From the NCBI GenBank assembly GCA_036396795.1, contig DASWKF010000084.1:71002-135001 (forward strand): a DNA stretch of 64,000 nt. Direction: 5' to 3'. Positions 17,486-28,500 of the stretch are shown in pieces. Below the pieces are notes generated by a model. That model had not been told where the DNA came from. It saw only the letters and a list, made by a program, of their open reading frames with translations, and made no database searches. The translations under genes and the position numbers were made by a program. The DNA comes from Gammaproteobacteria bacterium. GTDB lineage: Bacteria > Pseudomonadota > Gammaproteobacteria > Steroidobacterales > Rariloculaceae. The first letter of the stretch is position 1. The number at the start of each line of letters is the position of its first letter.

Positions 17486-18711
17486 TCAACGAACGCGACG
17501 CTGAGCCCGTCGGCGTGCTCGACGGAAACGGCGCCGGCCGCGTATCGCCGCTCGATCCGATCCAGCACCGCAACGGCATCGCTCACTTTGCGGTTGATCT
17601 CGCCGCTCGCCGGAAACTTCGCCATTCTGTCGCGGACGAGACTGGAAAGCGGCAGATTGCGATCGCTCATGATCTCCGTGACCAGCAGCCAGGGAATCAT
17701 TCCGCTGTCGGCGTAAGAGAAGTCTCTGAAATAGTGGTGGGCGCTCATCTCTCCGCCGTAGATTGCGTTGCTGTCGCGCATTTTTTCCTTGATGAAGGCA
17801 TGCCCGGACTTGCTCTGAATCGCGCTACCGCCGTATTTCGCAACGATATCCAAGGTATTCCATGTCAGTCTGGGGTCGTGCACGATGCGCTCGCCGGGCG
17901 ACTTCTGAAGAAATGCCTCCGCGAGCAGGCCCACGATGTAGTATCCCTCGACGAACTCGCCGAGCTCGTCGAAGAAAAAGCAACGATCGAAGTCTCCGTC
18001 CCAGGCCAAGCCGAGATCGGCGCCGTGCTCGAGGACCGGCTTCGCAGTGGCTTCCCGGTTTTCCTCCAGCATGGGGTTCGGCACGCCGTTGGGAAAGGAA
18101 CCATCGGGCTCGTGATGAATCTTGACGAACTCGAAGGGCAGATGCGGCTCGAGCAGGTCGATGACCGGACCCGCGCCACCGTTGCCGGCGTTGACGACGA
18201 TCTTCATCGGCCGTTGTCTGTCGAGATGGATGTACGACAGCAGGTGCTCGACGTAGGCCTGTCGAATGTCCAGTTGGTCGACGCTGCCGGTTCCCGCGGG
18301 CTTCGAAAAGTCGTTTCGCTCCGCCAACGCACGGATATCGGCGAGCCCCGTGTCGGCGCTGATCGGGCGTGCCTGCTCGCGGACGAATTTCATGCCGTTA
18401 TAGTTCGGAGGATTGTGGCTGGCGGTGACCATGATTCCGCCGTCGAGGCCGGCGTGAGCGGTAGCAAAATAGACGAGCTCGGTTCCGCAGATGCCGATAT
18501 CGAGCACGTCCACTCCGGAGTCATTGAGGCCCCTGACGAGCGCCGCGGTCAACGATGGGCTGGTCTTGCGAATATCGCGGCCCACCGCGACCTTACGCGG
18601 CTCGACGAAGGCCGAATAGGCGCGTCCGATTCGATAGGTGATGTCCTCGTCGAGGTCCTCGGGCACTCGGCCTCGCACATCGTAGGCCTTGAAGCAATTG
18701 ATCGATGTCAT
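17353..18711 (-). CDS. algC: phosphomannomutase/phosphoglucomutase
   Basis: FKAYDVRG, active-site loop TASHNPPNYNGMK, and the four-domain length (452 aa). Confidence 0.9.
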   Translation of the reverse strand: MTSINCFKAYDVRGRVPEDLDEDITYRIGRAYSAFVEPRKVAVGRDIRKTSPSLTAALVRGLNDSGVDVLDIGICGTELVYFATAHAGLDGGIMVTASHNPPNYNGMKFVREQARPISADTGLADIRALAERNDFSKPAGTGSVDQLDIRQAYVEHLLSYIHLDRQRPMKIVVNAGNGGAGPVIDLLEPHLPFEFVKIHHEPDGSFPNGVPNPMLEENREATAKPVLEHGADLGLAWDGDFDRCFFFDELGEFVEGYYIVGLLAEAFLQKSPGERIVHDPRLTWNTLDIVAKYGGSAIQSKSGHAFIKEKMRDSNAIYGGEMSAHHYFRDFSYADSGMIPWLLVTEIMSDRNLPLSSLVRDRMAKFPASGEINRKVSDAVAVLDRIERRYAAGAVSVEHADGLSVAFVDWRFNVRASNTEPLLRLNVESRSNTDLMREKTAELLAAMGGEPA

Positions 18712-18817
18712 AATCGCGGGTGGTAGTGGAAAGCGGGCAGTATACCTATACTTTGGCGCTCACGATGAGCTCGGTATCGTGCGCCGAGCCATCGATCAGG
18801 GCATGTCCTGCAATGCG

Positions 18818-20071
18818 ATGAGCACTTCCAAGCTGTGGCTTCCGTACTGTCAGATGCAGACTGCGCCGAAGCCTGAGCGCGTCCTCGCGACGAGCGGGTC
18901 CAGGATCATGCTCGAGGGCGGCAGGAGCCTGATAGACGGCATCTCGTCTTGGTGGACGGCATGTCACGGCTACAATCATCCGGCGATCGCGGCGGCCGTG
19001 TCGTCGCAGCTCGAGCGGCTGCCCCATGTCATGCTGGGCGGCCTGGTTCACGACCAGGCCCTGCAACTCGCAGCGCGGCTCGCAAGCAAGCTTCCCGGCG
19101 ATCTCGAGCACGTATTCTTCTCGGAGTCCGGTTCCGTGTCGGTCGAGATCGGATTGAAGATGGCGCTGCAATTCTCGATCAATCGCGGGCAGCGCGAACG
19201 CAGGCGATTCTTGAGCTTCCGGCATGCGTATCACGGCGATACCTTCGCCGCGATGTCCATCTGCGATCCCGAAGAAGGCATGCACCGGCTTTTTGGGGAT
19301 CTCGTGTCCGGCCAGATCATCGTCGACTTGCCGCGGGACGAGGCCGAGCTCGCCGAGTTCGAGCGTATCGTCGTCGTGCACCGGCGGGAGCTCGCGGGCA
19401 TAGTTCTCGAGCCTTTGGTTCAGGCCGCGGGGGGCATGAAGTTTCATGAGCCCGAAACGCTCGCGGCGATCGCCGCGATCGCGTCCCGCAATGGGGTGTT
19501 GCTGCTCTTGGATGAGATCGCGACGGGTTTTGGGCGCACCGGAACGCTGTTCGCCTGCGAGCAGGCCGACGTCGTGCCCGACATCATCATGCTGTCGAAA
19601 GCGCTCACGGGCGGCACCTTGCCTTTGGCCGCGACCGTCGCCACGGAGGAAGTCTACCGGGCGTTTCTTTCCGATTCCGCCGACAAGGCCTTGATGCACG
19701 GGCCGACGTACATGGGCAACGCGTTGGCATGCGCCGCCGCCAACGCCTCATTGTCGCTGTTCGATACCGAGCCGCGACTCGAGCAGGTCGCCGCCATCGA
19801 AGCGCGGCTCCTGGAGGGACTAGGCCAATGCAGAGCGCTGCGTGGTGTCCACGACGTCAGAGTGAAAGGTGCGATCGGCGTCGTTCAGCTCGACCGCGCG
19901 CCGGATCACGACGCACTGCGGGCGCAATTTCTGGCCGAAGGTGTGTGGCTGAGACCGCTTCAGGACGTCGTCTACCTCATGCCGCCGTTCACGATCGAAG
20001 ACGACGAGCTCGAGGCGCTGATGGGGGCCGTTCGCCGCGTGGTAGCGCGATGGAGCGCAACGCCGCGCTAG
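18818..20071 (+). CDS. bioA: adenosylmethionine-8-amino-7-oxononanoate aminotransferase
   Basis: LWLPYCQM, SSWWTACHGYNHP, LLLDEIATGFGRTG, MLSKALTGG. Start is ATG 18818 or 18803; the listed 18689 start overlaps the divergent PMM gene. Confidence 0.9.
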   Translation: MSTSKLWLPYCQMQTAPKPERVLATSGSRIMLEGGRSLIDGISSWWTACHGYNHPAIAAAVSSQLERLPHVMLGGLVHDQALQLAARLASKLPGDLEHVFFSESGSVSVEIGLKMALQFSINRGQRERRRFLSFRHAYHGDTFAAMSICDPEEGMHRLFGDLVSGQIIVDLPRDEAELAEFERIVVVHRRELAGIVLEPLVQAAGGMKFHEPETLAAIAAIASRNGVLLLLDEIATGFGRTGTLFACEQADVVPDIIMLSKALTGGTLPLAATVATEEVYRAFLSDSADKALMHGPTYMGNALACAAANASLSLFDTEPRLEQVAAIEARLLEGLGQCRALRGVHDVRVKGAIGVVQLDRAPDHDALRAQFLAEGVWLRPLQDVVYLMPPFTIEDDELEALMGAVRRVVARWSATPR

Positions 20072-20083
20072 GCGGCGACGCGA

Positions 20084-21934
20084 TCAGAACATCTCGGAAG
20101 CGTCGGGCTGGCTCGCCGTGCCGCCATCGTATCGGTTCGGTATGAAGTCGCCCGTAACCATATCCCGGTAGGACAGGCCCGGGGGGACCATCGGATACAC
20201 ACTCGCTTCGGGGTCGATGATGACCTCGAGAAACGCGGGCCCCTCGAACGAGAGAAACTCCTCGATGACGGGCGCGACGTCGGCCTTGCGATCCAAGCGT
20301 TTCGCATAGCCGAAACCGTCGGCCTGAGCGGCTTTGACGAAGTCCTTCTTGCGCAGCGACTTATCGCTGCCCGAAAGCCGCCCCTTGAAGAACATTCGCT
20401 GCCATTGCATCACCATGCCGTCACCGTAATTGTTGAGAACCACGATCTTGACCGGCAAGTCATAAGTCGTGACCGTTTCGAGCTCACCGAGATTCATGCG
20501 GATGCTGGCGTCGCCGTCGAGGTCTATGACGAGCTTGTCGGGGCGAGCGAACTGGGCGCCGATAGCCGCCGGCAGCCCAAATCCCATCGTCCCCATGCTC
20601 CCGGACGTGAGCCATAGCCGCGGCTCGCGGAAGTCAAAGTACTGCGCGGCCCACATCTGATGCTGACCGACGCCGGTTGTAATGATCGCCTCGCCGCGAG
20701 TGATCTCGTTTATGGTTTCGATGACATAGTTGGGTTGAATCAAGGCGCTCCGCCGATCGTAGTTCAAGGTGTATGTCGCCTTGAGATCAGCGATCTCCTC
20801 GAGCCAGGCATCGTGCGGCGTCGACACGGCGTTTCGCCGGCCATAGGCAATCAGGTTTTCCAGCGCCCGTTGCAGCAGTCCGACGTAGTACCAATCCGCC
20901 GGCTTGACCTTGTGAATCTCGGACGGGTCGATATCGAAATGCAGTATCCGCTTGGCGCGAGGCGCGAATTTCGGCGGGTCACCAGCGACACGGTCGTCGA
21001 AACGGGCGCCGATGGCGATCAGCAGATCGCAGTCGTCCACGGCATAGTTGGCATACGCCGTGCCGTGCATTCCCAGCATGTGCATGCTCAACGAGTGTTT
21101 GGTATCGAAGCTTCCCAGCCCCATAAGGGTCATCGCCACGGGGATCTGGTAGTTGATCGCGAGCGTGCGCAGGGCATCGCTCGCCTGCGCGTTGATCACG
21201 CCGCCGCCGGCGTAAATCAGAGGCCGCTTGCTCTTGGCGAGCATGTCGAAGAATTCTTCGCAACGCGCCTCGCCCAACTCGTTCGACCGCATCATGCCCA
21301 GACGGTAGTGGTAGCCGGGCATGGACAACAGCCCTTCCCCCTGGAACGGTCCGACCCAGTTCTGCACGTCCTTGGGCACGTCGACGACAACCGGCCCGGG
21401 CCGCCCCGTTCTGGCGATGTCGAAGGCGGACCGCATGGTCGATTCCAAGCGCTCGGGCTCGGTGACCAGGAACACGTGCTTAGCGACCGAGCCCATGACG
21501 GCGCTCACCGGTGCCTCCTGAAACGCGTCGGTGCCGATGGCACCCGTGGCGACTTGGCCGCAGATGACGACGATCGGAATGGAGTCCGCCATGCAATCGC
21601 GGACCGGCGTCACGCTGTTCGTGGCTCCGGGACCGGAAGTGACGATTACGACTCCCACGCGACCGGTGGCTCGTGCGTAGCCGGAGGCCATGAACCCCGC
21701 GCCCTGCTCGTTCGCGGGAACGATCAGCGGCATCGGATCCCTGCCGTTCAGTTTATGGCGCTCGTTGTAGCGAAACACCGCGTCGTAGGTGGGTAAAATC
21801 GCGCCGCCGCTGTAGCCGAAGATCGTCTCGACGCCTTCGTCGGCCAACACTTGAACAATGGTATCGGCGCCGCTCATATGGGTGCCGGCGAGCGGATGGG
21901 ATCGAGCCATCTTGGCGTGGATCTGCGAGTCCAT
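20084..21934 (-). CDS. ilvI: acetolactate synthase (AHAS) large subunit
   Basis: SGADTIVQVLADEGVETIFGYSGGA, TSGPGATN, and ThDP motif GTMGFGLPAAIGA...GDASIRMN..VVLNN. The start could also be ATG 21877 (MSGAD...). Confidence 0.85.
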   Translation of the reverse strand: MDSQIHAKMARSHPLAGTHMSGADTIVQVLADEGVETIFGYSGGAILPTYDAVFRYNERHKLNGRDPMPLIVPANEQGAGFMASGYARATGRVGVVIVTSGPGATNSVTPVRDCMADSIPIVVICGQVATGAIGTDAFQEAPVSAVMGSVAKHVFLVTEPERLESTMRSAFDIARTGRPGPVVVDVPKDVQNWVGPFQGEGLLSMPGYHYRLGMMRSNELGEARCEEFFDMLAKSKRPLIYAGGGVINAQASDALRTLAINYQIPVAMTLMGLGSFDTKHSLSMHMLGMHGTAYANYAVDDCDLLIAIGARFDDRVAGDPPKFAPRAKRILHFDIDPSEIHKVKPADWYYVGLLQRALENLIAYGRRNAVSTPHDAWLEEIADLKATYTLNYDRRSALIQPNYVIETINEITRGEAIITTGVGQHQMWAAQYFDFREPRLWLTSGSMGTMGFGLPAAIGAQFARPDKLVIDLDGDASIRMNLGELETVTTYDLPVKIVVLNNYGDGMVMQWQRMFFKGRLSGSDKSLRKKDFVKAAQADGFGYAKRLDRKADVAPVIEEFLSFEGPAFLEVIIDPEASVYPMVPPGLSYRDMVTGDFIPNRYDGGTASQPDASEMF

Positions 21935-22130
21935 GTCACTTACCGCCAGGGTATGCTGCGCCCCGATTCCTGAGGTGTTTCACCGAGCCGCCGAGAGCCT
22001 TTGACGACGTATTCTGCTAGCTGCCTTCCCGAGTGTTGACGAAAAGTTTGTGCATTGCAATAGTTGTTGGTCTACGCCAACATTAAGCCGCTCCCGAGAC
22101 GGGGCGTATCCGCGGCCTCGAGCAGTTCCG

Positions 22131-22628
22131 ATGCGACACATAATATCGATTTTGCTGCAGAACGAGGCCGGCGCGCTGGCCCGTGTCGCAAACCTGTTTT
22201 CGAGCCGGGGCTTCAATATCGAGAGCCTCAACGTGGCTCCGACCAACCACGAAACCGTTTCCCGGCTCACGCTCGTGACGACGGGATCGGACGAGATTAT
22301 CGACCAGATTTCGAAGCAACTGGCGAAGCTCGTCGACGTCGTCAACATCGTCGATATGACCGACGACGACCATATCGAGCGGGAGCTGGCGTTATTCAAG
22401 CTTCAGGTCAGGCGTGCCAAGCGGGATAGGCTCGAAAAGCTGGTAAAGCAGTTCGGCGCGCGCATACTCGACGATCACGAGGGTCATTTTACGGTCGAGT
22501 TGATCGGAGGCCGGTCGGAGATCGATCGTTTCATGACCAAGGTCGGCGGCTCGGCGGACATTCTCACCGTCGTTCGCAGCGGCGCGATGGCCGTCGCGCG
22601 AGGAATGCCGATCCTCACGCCCACCTAG
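22131..22628 (+). CDS. ilvH: acetolactate synthase small (regulatory) subunit
   Basis: MRHIISILLQNEAGALARVANLFSSRGFNIESLNVAPT (ACT domain), 165 aa. Confidence 0.9.
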   Translation: MRHIISILLQNEAGALARVANLFSSRGFNIESLNVAPTNHETVSRLTLVTTGSDEIIDQISKQLAKLVDVVNIVDMTDDDHIERELALFKLQVRRAKRDRLEKLVKQFGARILDDHEGHFTVELIGGRSEIDRFMTKVGGSADILTVVRSGAMAVARGMPILTPT

Positions 22629-22663
22629 CCGCGACAGCCGCGTTTATTCTTCCGGGGGCGCAA

Positions 22664-23821
22664 GTGACAGCCGAACCTTCCAATGGGCAGCGTTTGCTTC
22701 AGGCACGGCGGGTCGTGTTGAAGATCGGCTCAGCTTTGCTCGTGGACCGCGGAAGCGGAACCCTGCACCGCGAATGGCTGGAGGGGCTGTGTGCCGACGT
22801 TACCGCGCTGCGCGAACGAGGTCAGGAAATCATCATTGTGTCGTCGGGCGCCGTCGCGCTCGGAATACGGCGGCTCGATATCGACTCCAGGCGCGCCCGC
22901 CTGCACGATCATCAGGCGGCAGCCGCCATCGGGCAGATACAACTCGCCCACGCCTACGAAGAGATGCTCGGGCGATTCGGGTTCACGGCCGCTCAAATAC
23001 TCTTGACGCTCGATGACAGCGAGAGCCGGCGCCGTTATTTGAACGCGGCCAGCACTTTGTTTGCGCTGCTCAAGTACGGCGCGATCCCGGTCGTCAACGA
23101 GAACGATACCGTGGCGACCCAAGAGCTGCGCTACGGCGACAACGACCGGCTTGCCGCCCGTGTCGCGCAGATGGTCAGCGCCGATTGTCTGATATTGCTA
23201 TCAGACGTCGACGGGCTCTACACCGCCGATCCGCAGCAGGATGCATCGGCTCGCCACGTTCCGGAAGTTCTGAAGCTGACCAAGAGCCATTGGGACATGG
23301 CGGGAGGACCGGGCTCGCGTGACGGGTCCGGCGGCATGCGCACCAAGCTCGACGCGGCGCGAATCGCAATGGGCGCCGGTTGCCAGATGATCATCACCTC
23401 GGGACGCGTGCTGCGCCCGATTCGCGCATTGCTGGATGGAGCTCGATCGACGTGGTTTCTTCCGGATTCGACGCCGAGGGCGGCTCGCAAACAGTGGATC
23501 GCCGGCACGCTGAAGCCAAAGGGCGCGGTATCGCTCGACCGGGGCGCGGCTACCGCACTTGCGAGCGGGCGAAGCCTGCTGCCGGCCGGCATCACTCGCG
23601 TGGAAGGGAGCTTCGAACGCGGTGACGCCGTTCGGGTGCTGGATTCCGACGGCAACGAGCTGGGCAGGGGGCTGATCGCGTATGCGGCCGATGAGGCGCG
23701 GGCGATCATCGGTAAGCGATCCACCGCGATCGTGGATATACTGGGTTATCGTGGTCGGGACGAAATGATCCATCGCGACGATTTGGTCCTCACGCAACAA
23801 CAGACCGGACGAATATCTTGA
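22664..23821 (+). CDS. proB: glutamate 5-kinase
   Basis: [29 protein letters not shown], and a C-terminal PUA-like region. GTG start. Confidence 0.9.
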   Translation: MTAEPSNGQRLLQARRVVLKIGSALLVDRGSGTLHREWLEGLCADVTALRERGQEIIIVSSGAVALGIRRLDIDSRRARLHDHQAAAAIGQIQLAHAYEEMLGRFGFTAAQILLTLDDSESRRRYLNAASTLFALLKYGAIPVVNENDTVATQELRYGDNDRLAARVAQMVSADCLILLSDVDGLYTADPQQDASARHVPEVLKLTKSHWDMAGGPGSRDGSGGMRTKLDAARIAMGAGCQMIITSGRVLRPIRALLDGARSTWFLPDSTPRAARKQWIAGTLKPKGAVSLDRGAATALASGRSLLPAGITRVEGSFERGDAVRVLDSDGNELGRGLIAYAADEARAIIGKRSTAIVDILGYRGRDEMIHRDDLVLTQQQTGRIS

Positions 23822-25104
23822 GCCAGGCTCAGCAGGACATGGCCAACGATCTGCCGCATACGATGCAGCTGCTGGGCCGATCCGCCCGCGAAGCGTCGGC
23901 CGTCCTGGCTCGCAGTGATGCGGCGGCGAAGAACGCCGCGTTGAAGGAGGCCGCGGCGACCCTGCGTTCTCGGCAGGGCGAGATTCTTGCGGCCAACGCG
24001 CGCGATCTCGAACGCGCCAAGGCGCATCGCCCCGGGGCGGCGCTGCTCGATCGCCTGGCGTTGGACGCAAGTCGAATCGAAGCTATGGCACGCGGTCTCG
24101 AGGAGATCGCGGCTTTGAAAGACCCAGTGGGCGAGGTGATCGCCGAGTGGCAGCGTCCGAACGGGCTAAAGATTCAAAGGGTCAGAGTGCCGCTCGGTGT
24201 CATCGCGATCATCTACGAGAGCCGCCCCAACGTAACGGCGGACGCTGGAGGTCTCTGCCTCAAGAGCGGCAACGCTGTGATCCTGAGGGGAGGATCGGAG
24301 GCGGTTCGCTCCAACGAAATCATCCATGACTGCCTGCTGCGGGGTCTCGAAGCCGCCGGCCTGCCGCGGACCGCGATACAGCGCGTGCCGTCACAGGATC
24401 GCGAAGCCGTCGGCATACTCCTGCGGGACATGGCTCAATACATCGACGTCATCGTGCCGCGGGGAGGCAAGCGACTCATCGCTCGCGTTCAACAGGACGC
24501 GAGGGTACCGGTCATCGGCCATCTGGAAGGGGTCTGTCACACCTACATCCATCGGGCTGCGGAGCTCGCAATGGCGAAGCGCGTCTGCTTGAACGCGAAG
24601 ATGCGGCGTACCGGCGTCTGCGGAGCGACCGAGACCATCCTCGTCGACGGCGACATCGCGGACTCCCATCTCGGGCCTATCGTCAAGGACCTATTGGATG
24701 CGGGCTGTGAGGTTCGCGGCGACGTGCGCACGCTCGCCTGTGATTCCCGAGTCAAGGCGGCGGCCGCGGATGACTGGGGCCGGGAATTTCTCGACGCGGT
24801 GGTGGCCGTACGGGTCGTTGCCGGCATCGATGAAGCCATGGCGCACATTCGCCGCTACGGTTCTGGGCACACGGAGGCCATCGTCACCGCGGACGACGAG
24901 GCAGCCGAGCGTTTCTTGAACGAGCTCGACAGCGCCATTCTCATGCACAACACCTCCACCCAGTTCGCGGACGGCGGAGAATTCGGTCTCGGCGCCGAGA
25001 TCGGCATCGCCACGGGAAGGGTGCATGCGCGCGGACCCGTGGGCGCGGAGCAGCTCACGAGTTACAAATACGTGGTTCGTGGTGAGGGACAGATCCGAGC
25101 GTAA
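23818..25104 (+). CDS. proA: glutamate-5-semialdehyde dehydrogenase
   Basis: [25 protein letters not shown], catalytic Cys context [18 protein letters not shown] start overlaps the proB stop. Confidence 0.9.
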   Translation: MSQAQQDMANDLPHTMQLLGRSAREASAVLARSDAAAKNAALKEAAATLRSRQGEILAANARDLERAKAHRPGAALLDRLALDASRIEAMARGLEEIAALKDPVGEVIAEWQRPNGLKIQRVRVPLGVIAIIYESRPNVTADAGGLCLKSGNAVILRGGSEAVRSNEIIHDCLLRGLEAAGLPRTAIQRVPSQDREAVGILLRDMAQYIDVIVPRGGKRLIARVQQDARVPVIGHLEGVCHTYIHRAAELAMAKRVCLNAKMRRTGVCGATETILVDGDIADSHLGPIVKDLLDAGCEVRGDVRTLACDSRVKAAAADDWGREFLDAVVAVRVVAGIDEAMAHIRRYGSGHTEAIVTADDEAAERFLNELDSAILMHNTSTQFADGGEFGLGAEIGIATGRVHARGPVGAEQLTSYKYVVRGEGQIRA

Positions 25105-25113
25105 GCGGACGCG

Positions 25114-25365
25114 TTAGGCTCGTGTTCGCTCGACCGGCTCGAATACGAGCGTCGGACGGTCTCCTCGGCGGGAATAGAGATGCTCGCTGGCCATGTCGCG
25201 GAGCGCGCGGTCGCGCTCGCGTTCGGTTGAATACCAATGGAAGCGCTCCCAGTTCTTATCGATCAACGAGCTGAAAGTATCGCCCGGCGGAAGGCTGACC
25301 TTGATGCCGAAGAGGCGCTCGCGATCATGTCGGCGATTGAGATTGTGAGAGTGACATATTCTCAT
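25114..25365 (-). CDS. small hypothetical protein (83 aa)
   Basis: ORF only; no family recognised (contains WYSTERERDRALRDM). Confidence 0.35.
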   Translation of the reverse strand: MRICHSHNLNRRHDRERLFGIKVSLPPGDTFSSLIDKNWERFHWYSTERERDRALRDMASEHLYSRRGDRPTLVFEPVERTRA

Positions 25366-25573
25366 CGAACGGTCTCTATTGTGCGCGAGCGTCGGTGCTG
25401 CGAGCGTTTGAAAGCGGTGATCATAGCGAGCGCGGTCCCACGGGGGTAGCCGGCATTGTATCCCCGGGAATCAGGGCTTCTGAGAGCTGGGTCGCCCTCG
25501 GGCGCCATGACCGGCCTGCTACAATTCGATCCTAAATCAAGCTCGAAGCCGGCGGCGCCGTCGGCCGGCGCGA

Positions 25574-28500
25574 TTGGCCATGGGTAGAGGTTGCGATAAC
25601 GTGTCACGCATCGCTCAGACTGGAGAGTTCTTCGTCGTCGGTGGTCCGGTGCAGCCGGACCGTGCCTGCTACATCGAGCGACCTACTGACGAGATGCTCC
25701 GCCAGAGCATTCGGGATCAGCAATTCAGCTACGTCGTGGGCCCCAAGGCCAGCGGCAAGACGAGCTTGATGGCACGCACGATTCGCCGACTGCGCGCCGA
25801 GGGCCAATTGGCCGCAGTCGTCGATCTCACGCAAATAGGCGCACGCGGCGAGAGCGCCGAAGCCGGGCGCTGGTTCTACAGCATCGCCTATCGAATCGTC
25901 CGTGAGCTGAGGCTCAAGGTCGATCTGCAAACGTGGTGGCAAGACAAGAGCATCCTGATGAGCGAGCAGCGGCTCACGGAGTTCTTCTGGGAGATCGTGC
26001 TGGCGAACACCACCACGCCGGTGACTATCTTCTTCGACGAGGGAGAGCGCGCTTTGGAGTTGCCGTTCTCGCGCGAGCTTTTCGCGGCCCTGGGGGCCTG
26101 TTACGAAGGCCGGGCGACCGAGCCGGATTTCCTCAGGCTGAATTTCGTCGTGCTCGGCGTCGCGACCCCGCGCCAGCTCAGCCGCGGCCTCTCACTGCCG
26201 CTTTTCGAGGACGGGCGGGCGATCAGGCTTCAGGATTTCACCCTGGAAGAAACCCATCACCTGGCGCAGGGATTTGCGTCAGACGAGACCACAGCCAAGG
26301 ATGCGCTCGCTCGCATTCACTACTGGGTCAAGGGACACCCTTATTTGACGCAAAAGATCGCGCGCGCGGCCGCCAGACGCAACGGCACCGTCGAAAACGT
26401 CGACGCCGTCGTGCGTGAGCGATTCTTGAGCCAGGGGGCTCGCGACGAGGAGCCCTTGCTGAATCATATCTGCTCACTGTTAACCGAACGCGGGACCGTG
26501 AATCGCCGCGCGCTCGCCGAGCTGGGGAAGGTGGGCAAGGGCACCACGATCGTCGCCGACCCCGATTCTCAAGTGCACGAATTTCTCAACTTGGCGGGCG
26601 TCGTCACGACCATCGGCGACGGCTATTTGACGTATCGAAATCGCCTCTTCAAGGAAGCGTTCACGAGCCATTGGATCGGCAGCGCGCTGCCGTTCGACTG
26701 GCGTGGCTCAGCGATCGCAACCGCGGTGCTCGCCGTGATGATCCTGGTTCCTCTCTGGTATACGCAGTACTTCCCACGCCCCTACATCGACACGCTGTCG
26801 ACCGTCACCGACGATCTCGATCTCGCCTTGGAGACCCACGGCCGCTTGCGGCGTCTCCCCGGCTTTGCGGGCACTGCGGATGGCTTGCTGGCCGATGTCA
26901 TGCGCCGCCGAAGCGAGTCGGCGCAAAGCTATTCCGAGATACTCGCGGCCGACGAAGTCCTGCGCGCCCTTCCGGCTCAGACGGAGCTCGCTGATGAGAT
27001 CCTCGGGGCTTATTGGCTCAGGCGCGCGGGCGAAGCCGTGCACGGCGAGAGGCGGGACGAGGCTCTGGTGTACGCATCGCTCGCCAGCACGGGTCAAGCG
27101 GCGGCGGCGTCCGAGCTACTCAACGGCCTGATCGACGACGACTATCCCGCGTTGGCTCGGAGCTTCCGTTTCGCCGTGCGGCCGGCTCATTGGCGTGTGG
27201 ATTGGTCGATGCAGGAGCTCACGGTCGTCGATGAAGCGCAGCGCGGACAGCGTATCAGCGTCAGCGACGACGCAGCGGTGAAGAGCACGGCGAGACTGAC
27301 CGCTCTGCAGCATGTTCCCGTCAGCCGGGAGCTCGGCGTGGACGAGCCTGGATCAGCCGGCGCGTTTCTGTTCCAGATCGAGCTCGAGCACCCCGAGGAG
27401 CAGCAGATCATGATCAGCCTCGAAGCGCCGAGCGGCGCTCAAGTGAGCTTCCGCTTACCTCCGGGGGAGGCGGCCCGGCGGGAGATTCGCGTTACCGAAC
27501 GCTCCGAGCTGTCGGCGCTCGCGGACGAGGAGCGCCGCGGTGTTTGGCGGTTGACCCTCGTCGATCAGGCGGAAGGATCCGTCGGCCGCTTGTCGCGCTG
27601 GGGGCTGCTGTTCGCCGAGGAGCTGCGAGGCTGGGAGGACGTTCCGGAGCAGGGACTCGATATCCCGGATCCCGTCCGCACGGACCAGATTGACGTGGAG
27701 CTCAGCGACGACGGCCGGTTCGGCGCGGCTCGGCCCTCACGTCCGGGGGCGGTCGGGACGCTGACGCTGTGGGACCTGACGACCGGAACGCCGTTGGGCG
27801 ATATCCAGCTCGAGGCCGAGCCGAGCTTTCTCGCTTTCACTCGGGATGCACCGCGCCTGATCACGGTCGCGGGCTCGACCCTCAGGCTCTGGGACACCAA
27901 CTCCGGAGGCTCGGTCTCGCGCATCGTTACGCAGACGGAATACGTTTCCGAGCCGGCCGTCGGTCTGGACGGTGAGTACATCGCGATCGCCGAGCGACTC
28001 GAGACCGGGGGTATCCTCTACAGCCTGTTGCGGGCCGCGGACGGCGAGCTGGTTTCGAGCGTTGAAGGAATTTCCGGTGTTCGTGACTGGCTGCTGGGGC
28101 CGCGGGCGCGATACCTGATCGTGGTCGGCCCCTCCCGTCTGGTGCGCGTGATGGATCCGCGTCGTGGCGAGATGCTCTATGATCTCCCTCACCAACGCGA
28201 CACGGAGCGCATCCTGGCGTCGCCCCAAGGCGATCTCGTTCTGAGCGTCGATGCCGAGGGCGATATTTTTGTCTGGAACTTCGACGGCTCCGAAAACGGC
28301 GAGCTCGGCGGTAAGCGAGTCGGTACGACCGTGGATCCGCAAAGCGTCAGCGTGGCCGCTGACGGATCGACGATCGCCTATGAGGCGGCTCACGGACACG
28401 TCGTGGTTCGCAGCCTCATCAGCGACTCGATCCCGCTGAGCGCACGGATCCATCATGCCGATGACGGCTTGATGACGGCCGTATCGACGGACGGCCAGTC

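Noticed and set aside
25366-25573. Regulatory element upstream of the giant NTPase gene
   Set aside because: I could not identify a promoter consensus, palindrome or repeat beyond chance level.
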